Part shown: positions 38,997-50,086 of the stretch, piece by piece
How the letters are laid out: each line of letters starts with the position of its first letter
Numbering within the stretch: position 1 is the stretch's first letter
Assembly (NCBI GenBank): GCA_020891255.1
Contig: BQFW01000010.1
Span: 992,001-1,056,000, forward strand
Direction of reading: 5' to 3'
DNA: 64,000 nucleotides
Source: Entomortierella parvispora E1425
Lineage: Eukaryota > Fungi > Mortierellomycota
Notes under the pieces: generated by a model
Database searches by the model: none
Told to the model about the DNA's origin: nothing
The model's input: the letters and a program-made list of their open reading frames with translations, nothing else
Position numbers and translations under genes: made by a program

Positions 38997-39167
38997 TCAT
39001 GGGTAAAAGTGTGGTAGATGACAAGAGACAAGCAGTACAGCAGCATGAGCACGGGTGCATGTCAAAGATGGGCCTAAGTTAGCCATGCGATCAAGGAATC
39101 TTCCGAATAAAAGTCTCTGTCGTTTCTGCAGAGTTTTGTTACAGATCGCCTCACTTTCCCTCCCAAG

Positions 39168-39219
39168 CGACGCATCGACCGACGACCGACGACCGACGAC
39201 CGACGACCAACGACGCATC
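39168..39219. repeat. 7-bp tandem repeat (GACCGAC)4 plus a variant, bracketed by CGACGCATC direct repeats, in the 230-bp divergent CPA2/APC intergenic gap
   Basis: Direct reading. Confidence 0.9.
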
Positions 39220-39226
39220 CAGTCCA

Positions 39227-41864
39227 ATGCACGAACAGCAGCAGAACACGGCCAGGGTGACCTCTGTCGACTTTCTTGACCCCCAGTCCGCACAGAGTGC
39301 TCGTCGCCGCACCGTCAGCACTGAACTTGCTCGCGATGAGAGCCAGACCAGTGTCCTCGGCATGCCCCCGCCGTCATTCGCAGAGTCTGAGTTGTTGACC
39401 ATCCAACGGCGACAAATCAACCCGCGCTTCCTCGAGGTCAATGAGAACAGCCGCATGATCAAGTGGGTCGAATCCTCGGACTCAAAGTCGGCCCCGGGCC
39501 GCAAGGCGGACGAATGGGAGTTTGCAGGGTACAGCATGAAACACTTCGCCGGAAGGGGGGAGGGGCGGGTCATGCGACCTTGTGGATGCGTGTTTGTTTA
39601 TGTGCAACGGCTGATCTTTCTTGCTTGCTTTGTAGATGGGGCAGTACGTACTTTCTAGATGTCACTAGGGCTGATGCTGATAGAGCCTCGCAAAGGAAAG
39701 GGCGGGCTCTGGTGGGTGTCCTACAGGGGATTGGCATTGCTGGCAACGACGTCGTGGGCAGTGTGTTCTATGCCATTGGCCCGGTGGTCGTCGCAGCCAG
39801 GCAATACGCACCCATCTCTCTACTTCTTGTTACCATGTTGCTGCACCCAATGAGAGCCATCATGAACGAACTGGCAGCATCACTACCTTTCAACGGAGGT
39901 ATGTTTCCATTTTTTGATTCAAGGGGCGACAGTAACAGGATTAGCAACGTAGATCCGATCTGCATTACTGACAGCTGCAAAACTTTTTTTTTATATCCTC
40001 CTCCATTCCTTCAGGCGCTTATGTCTTCTTCCTCAACATCAGCGCCAAATGGGTGGCCGGCATCATGGCTACTTTGGCTGTGCTTGACTACATGGCGACC
40101 TCTGTCCTCTCGGCCGCATCCGCCACCAGTTATCTCTCGTCACAATTCACCCTGCCATCTTCCTTTGGCGTCTTTCCCCTCACCATCGCAGTCATTGTTG
40201 TGTTTGGTATCATCACATTTGTCGGTATTCGCGAGTCTTCCACTGTGGCCTCTTTCATCTTTCTCAGTCACTTGATCACCATGACGGTTCTCATGATTAC
40301 CGCACTAGTACACTGGATTCGAAACGGGAACGACATCTTGATCAGCAACTGGCATACGCCGTACCCCGATACGAACGCAGCCAAGCTTATCTGGGATGGC
40401 TTTTGCTTGGCACTGCTGGGAGTCACTGGATTCGAAAGTACAGAGGGATATCTGGAGGATCTTAAGCCTGGCGCATTTCCTACCATTATGAAGTTCATGT
40501 GGTTCTGCATTGCTGCAGTAATTGCACCAACCTCCCTACTCGTGATGGCGATCGTGCCCATGAACGAAGTGATTGAAAACCCTTCCAGCTCGATCCTCAC
40601 TTTGGCAAAAGCAGTATCGAATAACAGCCCATGGCTCTCCTATTGGGTGGTTATCGATGCGACCATTGTGCTTGGTGCCGGTGTCTTGACAGGAATGGTT
40701 GGAGTCCTTGGTCTGTTCGAGAGACTTTCCAGAGATCAGATCCTGCCACCGTTCCTGTTGATCAGAAACAGGTGGACAGGAGTATTTCAGTATATCATCA
40801 TGTTCTTCATGGTGCTATGCATCACCTTGTATTCGATCACTGGCGGGGACATGACATCACTTTCCGGAGTCTTTGCGGTCGCCTTCCTCTGCGTCATGAT
40901 TTCCTATGCTTTTGCAAACGCCATGCTCTATCTGAATCGACCTCAGTTGAGCCGGCGAAACGCGACCAGGGTTCCAATCTACGTGACCATGGTGGTGTTT
41001 AGCATTCTTGTAGGTGCGTTGGTTGGAAATGCCGTGATCGATCCCTCAATCTTCAAGACTTTTGCTATTTACTTTGTGATAGTGCACGCGGTACTTTTAG
41101 GCTTTATGAACCGAGTCTGGATCTTGCGGCGGATACTCAAGGTCACAGGAGCCGGCGCCATTGTACTCGTTCCTTCTACACAATCAACAGCCACAAAGGA
41201 CCTGAGACAGCCATTAGATGAGGACTCTTTATCAGACTCAGCCAGTGCGGGAACTGATGTTGACATTAGTTATGATGGCGATGTCAAATTGCCAACAGAG
41301 CCCGTCCGTTTGAGGAATATTGGCTCGAGCTCAAATTCACCGAGGACTGCTACACTGAATGAAGATCCGGAGCAAGATTTGCAGTCTTCGGAGCAAGAAG
41401 AGGCTATAGAGGATAGCAGATCCTCCCAGCTTGTCATCAGAGGATCCCATCGACTTGTGAATGCCTTCAACTCGATGCTGATCAAGTCCATGATCAACTC
41501 GCTTCGCAACCACCCAGTGATTTACTTTACCAAGAGCGACTCGTTGACTCATCTTCATCGAGCCATCCGCTATATTCGCCAAAACGAAAATTCACACAAG
41601 GGCAACATTCGACTGGTTCATATCTATCGGAGGGTAGAAGATATTCCCAAGCGATTGGAAGACAACCATCGCTTTTTGGACGAGTTGTATCCAAAGATTC
41701 AGATTGATTTGATTTTCATTCAGGGCACTTTTGATCCAGACACAATTCATGCCATCTCACAGCATCTGAACGTGCCGAAGTCTGCCATGTTCATGTCGTG
41801 TCCTGGCGAAAGCTTTCCTTACAACATCGAAGAGTTTGGCGGTGCACGTATCATCATGGATTAG
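39227..41864 (+). CDS. APC-superfamily amino acid permease with soluble C-terminal domain (introns about 39529-39635 and 39900-40015)
   Basis: GIAGNDVVGSVFYAIG (TM1), GFCLALLGVTGFES (TM6), about 12 hydrophobic segments, C-terminal domain VIYFTKSD...YPKIQIDLIFIQG...GGARIIMD. Confidence 0.88.
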
Positions 41865-43050
41865 AGAAAGAGTTGCAAACCAGAATAGCCACAAAACATG
41901 TAATATTAGTAAATAATAAATACCTCCAACTCCTTGTCAGATAACCATACGTGAAGACCTACTGTATAGCACGGAATATTGACTGGCATTCCTGCTCTAA
42001 GAAAAACCAACCACTGGACTTTGCGTTGTCTTTCTACGACGACGGATCATATCGATGACCAAGCGCAAATCCCGGTTGCAAATGGCACTGTAGCCTGGAT
42101 CCTCTTCAACCGGAGCTGTTCATGTGATGGCCAAGGGTTCTGAAGGCTAATTTAGCCTGTGAGCCTTTCTCAGCCGCGTCCTCGACGCGTTCATCGAGGG
42201 GCAGTTCGGCTGGAGGAGTTGACTCTTATTCGCTATTTACCAGCCGTTCCCCCGTTGACTTCTGGAAACCACGTCGCACTCGGGTAGCACAAGGGCAGGG
42301 TCCAACCGTTTTTTTTACCCCATCCTTGGAATGCTTGCCCCACAAATTCAATTGGGGCGAGCAGCAGCTCACACGGCCGGGTTGACAAGAAAGTGGCTGA
42401 CCGAGGGAGAAAAGTTTCCTTTGGGCCCAGCCGAACCATGTCCTTGTCCTACCTTACCAATTCCAGCACCACTCTTCTTTCCTCCCTCCCCTCTCCACAA
42501 CAGAGACTGACAATATGAAAGGGGTTGCCGTCCTGTATTGTGTCGTTCTCCACGCCTCGGGTGCCATGGTAACAGATTTCCTTTCTATGTTGATGATGGA
42601 TAGATCAGTCATATCTTTTGTCAGCGTAATTACCATGTATAGTCGTCCCATGATCCTTGTTCCCACCATCTCATCCATTGTTCCTGAACGTTAGTATGCC
42701 TTGTCGAGCCTTTCAATGGACGAGAGCAATCAACAAAAAAATCCTATGTGATATGCCTTTTTTGCGGTTGAGCCTCAACTCAAACTAAACGTCAAAACGT
42801 CCACAACTTTCTAACACGCTGTCATTAGGTGAAAACTGGGGGGAGGAGGCGAGGGTTGACTCGTCGGACGGTACGTTCTCATAAAAAAAAAAACAAAATC
42901 ACACGCATTGCAGGGTATAAAAACTCTCGCGTTCGAGTCATTGTTTTCTCTTCTTCAAGACTCTCGTCTCTTTCTTTCTTTATTGACGCTCCCCTCCAGC
43001 TCCCGTCGCCATTTGTATATATATACACATCCACGAGAAAAAAAGTAAGA

Positions 43051-44385
43051 ATGCGCACTTTCACTTTGTCTGCCACGCTGGCTACGATCGCCTTGGCTCT
43101 GATGGGGTCCATGTCTCAAGCCTCTCCCGTGCCTTTGGGGGAGCACGTTCCCTTGAGCAAGCGGTCCTTTACTCCCGAGCAGTACGCGAAGCATGACGCG
43201 CTCCACAAGCGATCTTCGGCCGGATACAACGACTGGGGATGTAAAGTCACCAGCGCCCATCCTCGCCCGATCGTCTTTGTCCATGGTTTGGTAAGTCAAA
43301 AAGGATCTTTGAGGACAAAAGAGAAACGAGAGCTGAAAGGGTCTTGTAGGAGTGACTCTGAACAGCCCGTCCCTGCATTTTTTTTTTTTTTTTTTTTTTT
43401 TTTTGGGATGACCGCTAGGGCTCTAATGGTCTTGAGAACTGGCAATACATGGGTCCTCGCTTCGCCTTGAAGGGTTATTGCACCTTCACGATCACTTACG
43501 GTCAATACAAGAACATCCCGCTTTTAGCCGGATTGGACAAGATGGAGAACAGCGCCGCAGAACTCGCAACTTTTGTGGACCAGGTCTTAGCTGCGACCGA
43601 TGCCACCAAGGTCAACCTAGTTGGTCACAGCGAGGGGTACATTGAGGATATGGCTTTTAGTTTGTTCTACTGCAGTTGTTCAGACGTAGTTTTTGTTCAC
43701 ACTTTGTCACTTTCTTCCAACGGGGGTGTAGATCCATGATGCCTCGTTACTGGCTCAAATTCCTAGGTGGCGCAAGCAAAGTCGGTATGTGGATTTTTTT
43801 TCTACTTTGCTTGCTGGGTTTCACGATAGCAATCCTGACAATGTGCTGTCGTTCTTATTATAGACAAGTACGCGGCTATTGGAAGCATTGTCCGTGGCAC
43901 CACATTGTACGGCCTTGTTCCTTTTCTGACCAGCCTCGGTCTCTATGATCCAATCAAGTCGTAAGATTCAGTTTTGTCATTTTGCACTTACGTCCCAACA
44001 CCTTCTCTTACTCCTCTCCCTGACGAGTCTTTCTTTTTTCTCTCACATCAGAGTTGTGGACCCTCTGTGCCTCTCTTGTTTCGAAGTCCTGGTCAACTCT
44101 CCGTTCCTGCAGAACTTAAACTCTCCCAACGACACGGTTCCGGGGGTTGAATACCACTTTATCTCTTCCAAGGATGACGAGTTGGTGACCCCTTATACCA
44201 ACGGTTTCTTGCTCGATGCTGCCACAAATCCCTTGGCTCACAATGTGGTCTTGCAAGACTTGTGTGCCTTGGATATCTCGGATCATATCGCTCAAATGTT
44301 TGATCCTGTCGCCTTCCACTCTATCGCTGCTTTCTTTGATCCCAAAGAAGATCAGACTGTCAATTGCTTGGATGCCCTTCATTAG
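43051..44385 (+). CDS. Secreted lipase/esterase, alpha/beta hydrolase (Lipase_2/EstA type), multi-exon
   Basis: Signal peptide, KR propeptide sites, NDWGCKVTSAHPRPIVFVHG, nucleophile elbow GHSEG, DELVTP (Asp), SDHI (His). Confidence 0.88.
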
Positions 44386-44552
44386 AAAAAGAAAAAGACG
44401 GAGATAAATGCTTCTTGAACGAGGGCGACAGCATGAGAGACAGGCCCGCGCTCTTCTCTTTTGTTTTCTGCCCCTGTTTTCCTGTTTTTCTCTTTCTTCA
44501 GATGAGTGGAGTACAGATATTTAATACGTTTATTAAAGTGCCCAAGATATAA

Positions 44553-44879
44553 TCAGCAACGCGTCATGCATTTTTGTTGGTCGAGGGTGTTGGTGGAATA
44601 GGTATCGCAATTGAGCTGGCAACTGCATTTGTTCACACAAAACTCTCCAGGAACCTCGTCACTTCGACAGGGGTTGGGGTGTTTGTCCAGACAACGTTCT
44701 TGCACATCCTTGTTACAATCCAACACACATTTCGGGACCATTCGTCGATCCAGACGAGGAGCCACACCAGTAGCCATGAATGAGGTATCTGCGGCGACAG
44801 TCATCACAAATTGGAACCATAGCAACATGACAATGACAAGCGTGAAGGGGATGAGCATGGTCGGTAGAGTCCTTGTCAT
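44553..44879 (-). CDS. Small secreted cysteine-rich protein (108 aa, 10 Cys)
   Basis: Hydrophobic N-terminus ending VAA, dibasic RR site, 62-aa mature region with 10 Cys. Single exon. Confidence 0.7.
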   Translation of the reverse strand: MTRTLPTMLIPFTLVIVMLLWFQFVMTVAADTSFMATGVAPRLDRRMVPKCVLDCNKDVQERCLDKHPNPCRSDEVPGEFCVNKCSCQLNCDTYSTNTLDQQKCMTRC

Positions 44880-45023
44880 GTTTTATGGATATCAGACGTT
44901 TATTGCGGTGGAGATGGGAGTTTTGAGAATGTGGAGCGAGGGGAAAGAAGGGGTCAAAAAGAAAAGCGGCCACAGGAAAGAAAAAAAAAGCAGTCCATGA
45001 TGCTGCGCAGAGGTTGTGGGCGC

Positions 45024-46028
45024 CTACTTCTTAGTCTCCTTGGCAGCCTGCTGCTTCAGCAAATGACCACCAATCCAGGACTTTGCATAGATCTCAATGC
45101 CAGAGGCCATTCCGGTCTTGGTTGGCTTCCATCCCAACACAGACCGTGCTCTCGAGCTGTCCGCGTTGATGGTGGTATTGAAGGCCCGGAGGAAGATATC
45201 CGGCATACCATCGCCTTTGGGAGCTCCTGTCACAGTGACCTTGCCCTTGTATCCCATGGCCGACGCAGCCCTGTGAAGGATCAACTGCGTGCTTTCGAAT
45301 GAGGTTGCCAAGTTGAAGAGCGGGTATCCGTTCTTACGACCCGCAACCAGCTCCAATTTCTCGACAGCCGCCAGAAAACCCGAGGCCACATCGTCCACAT
45401 GGATCAAACCCAGGGCTCCATGAGGATCGGCCGCCAGCGTGAGCTCAGGAGACTCCTTTTGTACAGCCGTGTAAATCTGAGAGAAGTAGTAATCCCAGAC
45501 ATCTGCGGTGCCTCCGTACGCCAAAGAAGGTCGGATCACAACCGCGTTCAGATGATCATAGCTGGCCAAGACCTGCCTCTCAACCTCTGGACGCCAGGCG
45601 ACCAAAGAAGGTGGAGGGCGGTGCGAGTTCTTGGTGCCGACGGGGGTCAAATCATTGACCAAATCATAGCCGCTTCCCAGAACCCAGGCACCAGAGCAAT
45701 AAATGAATCCAATCTTGGCACGATGGTCTGATTGGCGCTCCTTGGAGAGCTTGATGAGGGGTTCGACAATGACTTTGATACCATTCTGGATACCCGAGAA
45801 GTCAATGACGATGTCAATGTTCTCGGTCTTGACCACGTCCAGCCAGGCTGGGTGTTTATCCGAGGACTCGACGGGGCCGACAATGGGGATGATCTCATTG
45901 GAGAGGAGGAGGTTCTCCTTCGAAATGCTTCGAGTGGTGCCATACACGACGTGGTTCTCGCGACGGAGGAATTGAGAGACACGGAGACCAAAGTAGCCTG
46001 CGGCACCGATGACGAGGATCTTGACCAT
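45024..46028 (-). CDS. NAD(P)-binding atypical SDR / epimerase-dehydratase family protein, intronless
   Basis: MVKILVIGAAGYFG (GxxGxxG Rossmann motif), FIYCSGAWVLG, VVIRPSLAYGG, LIHVDDVASGF, ARSVLGWKP. Confidence 0.88.
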   Translation of the reverse strand: MVKILVIGAAGYFGLRVSQFLRRENHVVYGTTRSISKENLLLSNEIIPIVGPVESSDKHPAWLDVVKTENIDIVIDFSGIQNGIKVIVEPLIKLSKERQSDHRAKIGFIYCSGAWVLGSGYDLVNDLTPVGTKNSHRPPPSLVAWRPEVERQVLASYDHLNAVVIRPSLAYGGTADVWDYYFSQIYTAVQKESPELTLAADPHGALGLIHVDDVASGFLAAVEKLELVAGRKNGYPLFNLATSFESTQLILHRAASAMGYKGKVTVTGAPKGDGMPDIFLRAFNTTINADSSRARSVLGWKPTKTGMASGIEIYAKSWIGGHLLKQQAAKETKK

Positions 46029-46687
46029 GATGAAGAAGTTGGTAGTGCGAGAGTTTGACGATAGAGACTGTGAGAAAAAAAAAAAAAAGAGAGAGAGAGA
46101 TAAGGCTGGCGGTCTCTTTTGTACGTTCATGCAAGCACGGATCATATGCAGCGAGGCACGGACCGCTTTGTGCTGGCAGATGGACAAAGCAGAGGTGCAA
46201 GAAGCAGACAAAGGTGAGGTCAAAAGCACGCAAGCGGCGGGTCGATACAAAGCAGCACCTGCTTGAAAACGCTCCCTCCTTGTCACCTCGCAATCGAATA
46301 TCCGAGAAACCAACTCGCTGTGCGAAAGACGACGGTGCTAGTCGATGAGATGGCCCGCTGAGTGTCGATCGCCCATAGTTGGGCCAACGAAACGAGCGAT
46401 GGAGCGCGTTCCAGGGCTAGGGCATACAGCAAGTGCCGCCCTTCACTTCCGGTGACGTAATTACCGCGCGGGATGTGCTGGATTTGACACGATGGATCGG
46501 TCTGGAGGCACGTCCAGCGCTGGGTTCCCCAGGAACAGGGAGGACAGGCATCATCTCTTGCACTTGCACTCTATACTTCCATTCATCCCCATCCTTCCTT
46601 CGTATCCTTCTTTCTCGGCCGGAGCAGCACGACCGACTCTTCTTCGCTGACCTCTCTTCTCATTCTTGCTCTTCCCCTTCTTCTATA

Positions 46688-49344
46688 ATGGTACTTCCTC
46701 TCTCACCGCCACAAGCGCGTTTTGTTGCTTGGTTGGACACTCTCCTTTGCCTTTACCTTCCACCCCACGCCTCTCTTCAACTCACGTTCTTCCTCTAACT
46801 TGACCATGCCCCCTTCCTCCCACCCATGTCCTTGTTTAGGTTGTTCTCGCAGTCTCCATCTGCACAAAGAGTGGCAAAGGTATCGATGCCGACCCTTTTG
46901 TTCTATCTCTCTCTCTCAACAACGATGAAAGAGCCTGTTTCCGACGAAACTGACACATGGCATTTTGCTCGACCATAGCCCTCATTTCGCGTCAGTTCCG
47001 AGAGATGACCCGCGCCAGAATCGAAGGCTTGATTGCATCCTTCCCCAAGTTGACTAGCAGCGGACAGCAGCATACCACGATTGAGACTGACCATGTGCGC
47101 TACGTATACCAGCCGCTGGAGGAGCTATTCATTGTTCTCATCACCAACAAGCAGTCCAATATTCTCCAAGGTACGCTCATCTCGACACTTGTGCTACAGG
47201 GTCAGACAGGACATCCAACCATCCAACCAGGAGAGACCTTTATGCATTCAGGAAAACATGGAGTGATGCATTCAAACGCATGTTCGAGAAATCCCAACTG
47301 GAAAACACCTGGAGGAGGTTAAAATGAACAGAACGGAAAGCTACAAGCTGACTCTCATGTCTTTTGTCCATTGATCAATCATTGGATTACTGTAGATATC
47401 GATACGCTCCAGCTGGTCTCAAGGGTCGTTTCCTCAACCTGCAGACCCACAGACGCACGCGAGATTGACAGGAACGCATTCGAGTTGCTAAGCTCCTTTG
47501 ACGAGATCATCTCTCTCGGATACCGCGAGAACGTCAACTTGGCCCAGGTCGCCAGCATCTCTGAGATGGACAGTCACGAGGAGAAGGTCCAAGAGATGAT
47601 CGAGAAGGTACCGACCAAGCGATTAACTTGGAGCAGGCTGAAGACGTGAGCTGTGAAAAGTCAAAGTTGAACTAACAATTTTCTCTTGTGTTGATCAGAA
47701 CAAGGAACGCGAGGCCAAGGAGGAGCTGAAGCGCAGGGCCAAGATGCTCGACTTGCAACGAAAGGAACAAAGAAAGAACATGAGCGGCATGGGCGGCATG
47801 GGAGGCGGCATGGGCGGCGGCTATGGTCAAAGCGGAATGGGCGGTGGTTATGGTGGACAAAACAGCTCTATGGGCTATGGTGGTCAGTCAGGGATGGGAG
47901 GCATGGGAGGCATGGGAAACAGCAATGGCTTCGATACCGCTTCCTCCATGGACGATAACTCCAACAAATACAGGTACATCGGCATGCTCTGGAAATCTCA
48001 AAGACATTAGATTGTCACTTGTTGCAGGATACTGATCTACTACTTCTTTGAAACTATGAATAGCACCCCAGCGCCTAAAGCACCTGTCACAAAAGCCCGC
48101 GGTATGCAGCTCGGACGGAAGCAAAATAACACAGACTTGTTTGAGTCTCTTCGATCAGAGGTGGAGGCAGTACCGGTCGTACAGCAACAGCAGCAACACC
48201 ATGCTCCAGCTCAACCTAGCTACTCTGCTCCAGCTGAACCCGCCTTCCCCATGGAGAGTGTTCATGTGCACATTGAGGAAAAGATTACCATGATTGCCAA
48301 CAGAGACGGAGGTTTGGAGAGCATGGAGGTGAAGGGAGACTTGACTCTTCGTGTCTCAGACCCCGCCCTTTCTAAGATCAGCCTCGCTCTTCGTCACTCA
48401 GATGACTCCAACATCCAGTTCAAGGTTTGTATATGCTCTAACAAAAGTCAAAGCGTGGATATGAAGATCATATTCTAATGATGTATATTTCCACTCTATT
48501 AGACACATCCCAATGTCAACAAGGTGCTTTTCAACAACGAAAAGACTATTGCTTTCAGAGACTCTTCCAAGGAGTTCCCATTGAATACTCCCACCGGTGT
48601 ACTGCGATGGAGACTTCTTAGCAAGGATGAGAGCTCTATTCCTTTGTCAAGTAAGTCTCCTAATGATGTGATATTGGTGGCGTTCGGGTTGCTTTTTTCT
48701 ACTAGACTTTTAATTTTTTTTTTTTTTTTGTAACTAGTCAACTGCTGGCCCTCTCCTGCTGGCGATGGTTCAAGTGATGTCAACATTGAGTACCAGTTGG
48801 AGAACGAGGAGATGGAATTTAAGAACGTCAACATTTTGATTCCTATTCCGTAAGTGATCCCTCTTTCATGGCCCGCACGAGTGGGTTCTTGTGTGGAAGA
48901 AAGACCTGGCACTAATCATACTGCACCTTCCTTCTATTTTAATCTTTAGACAAGGAGCAAATCCTACGGTTGGAGAGGTCGATGGGGAGTACATGGTGGA
49001 CCGCCAACAGGGACTGCTGATCTGGCAACTGCCTTCTATTGACTCTTCAAATCCCTCGGGCAGCCTGGAGTTCAACTGTGAAGGCGAGGACACCGAGAGC
49101 TTCTTCCCAGTTTCTGTGCAGTTTGAGAGCGAGCGACTCATTTGTGATGTTGATGTAAGTGATTGCTTTCTGTCGTTGTCTTCTTTTTGTTCATACCGTT
49201 TATTCAAAGGTTCTTACCCCATCATGGCCCAACTTTTTTTCTTTTGTACTCTAGGTCATTTCTGTCGCACAAGTCGCTGATGGATCTAGCGTTACCTTCT
49301 CTAAACAATCCATTCTGACCCCAGCAGAATATAGCGTGGTGTAA
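46688..49344 (+). CDS. RET2: Coatomer subunit delta, multi-exon (first exon is ATG only)
   Basis: [39 protein letters not shown]...[15 protein letters not shown]. Mu-homology domain ([30 protein letters not shown]). Ends AEYSVV*. Confidence 0.95.
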
Positions 49345-49548
49345 ACGTCTTTTCAGGAGCTAGTAGGATCTGTTTTTTAAACAAAAAAATGTAATAAACA
49401 GACCAAGGCAAGAACTGAAGTATTTGCGCCCCTCTATCTTTAAAATACTGCAGTGGCCGCATAGTTTTCACGATTGAGGGTCTTTTTTCATTAAAAAACT
49501 ACATGTATGCCTAGACTATTCATGGAGACGTGCCATGACCATTCGAGC

Positions 49549-49921
49549 TCAAGAACTTGCTGGCTCACCAAAAGCCCACCGCTGCTTTAATAATCTTATG
49601 TTATTCTCGGTCAACCCCTGAACCCCATGGATAGAAGCCCTCGTTAAGACAAGTGTGTCCGAAACTCATCGCAGTTCAAATGCACTCGAATCTGTTTTCC
49701 ATCCTCAATAACCTGCCACGTGTGAACAGACGTGACCCTGCCGCCTACAACGAAATATATACCATCGTGAGTGACCGTCCAGCACCACCATACATTGACC
49801 AGACCCCATCCCACAATCGCACAGTCTGATCGAACCTCCTGGTGGCAATCTGACGGCCACTAGGGGAATAACTGTAGGCCATAGATATACAACAGGTCGA
49901 TCCTACCGGTGTACATTGCCC
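49549..49921 (-). pseudogene. Decayed 3' end of a WD40-repeat gene (Mortierellaceae NACHT/WD40 NLR-like type)
   Basis: Hand translation across frameshifts: AYSYSPSGRQIATRRFDQTVRLWD / SGQCMVVLDGHS / DGIYFVVGGRVTSVHTWQVIEDGKQIRVHL / R*VSDTLVLTRASIHGVQGLTENNIRLLKQRWAFGEPASS*. Confidence 0.7.
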
Positions 49922-50086
49922 ATTTCCTCCTCAGCCTCTTTCCTCAAATGCTGTACACCATTCCAAGTAATACAGATGCGTGAGTTGATTTGTGCGCGTG
50001 TTTTGTTTTGGTTTTTGTTTTTGCCATTTAATATACACAAGCGAAAAGAGGAAGGATGGGCGAAGGAGGGTGGGCTGGATGGAGAG

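Noticed and set aside
42000-42700. Protein-like fragments on the minus strand (e.g. ESTPPAELPLDERVEDAAEK, LRLVIDMIRRRRK)
   Set aside because: Broken by stops and shifts, with no motif I can recognise. The same applies to 6900-7400, 24060-24440 and 29110-29610.
47777-47930. GM/GY-rich tract in delta-COP
   Set aside because: Falls in the variable low-complexity linker between the longin and mu-homology domains; not unusual.
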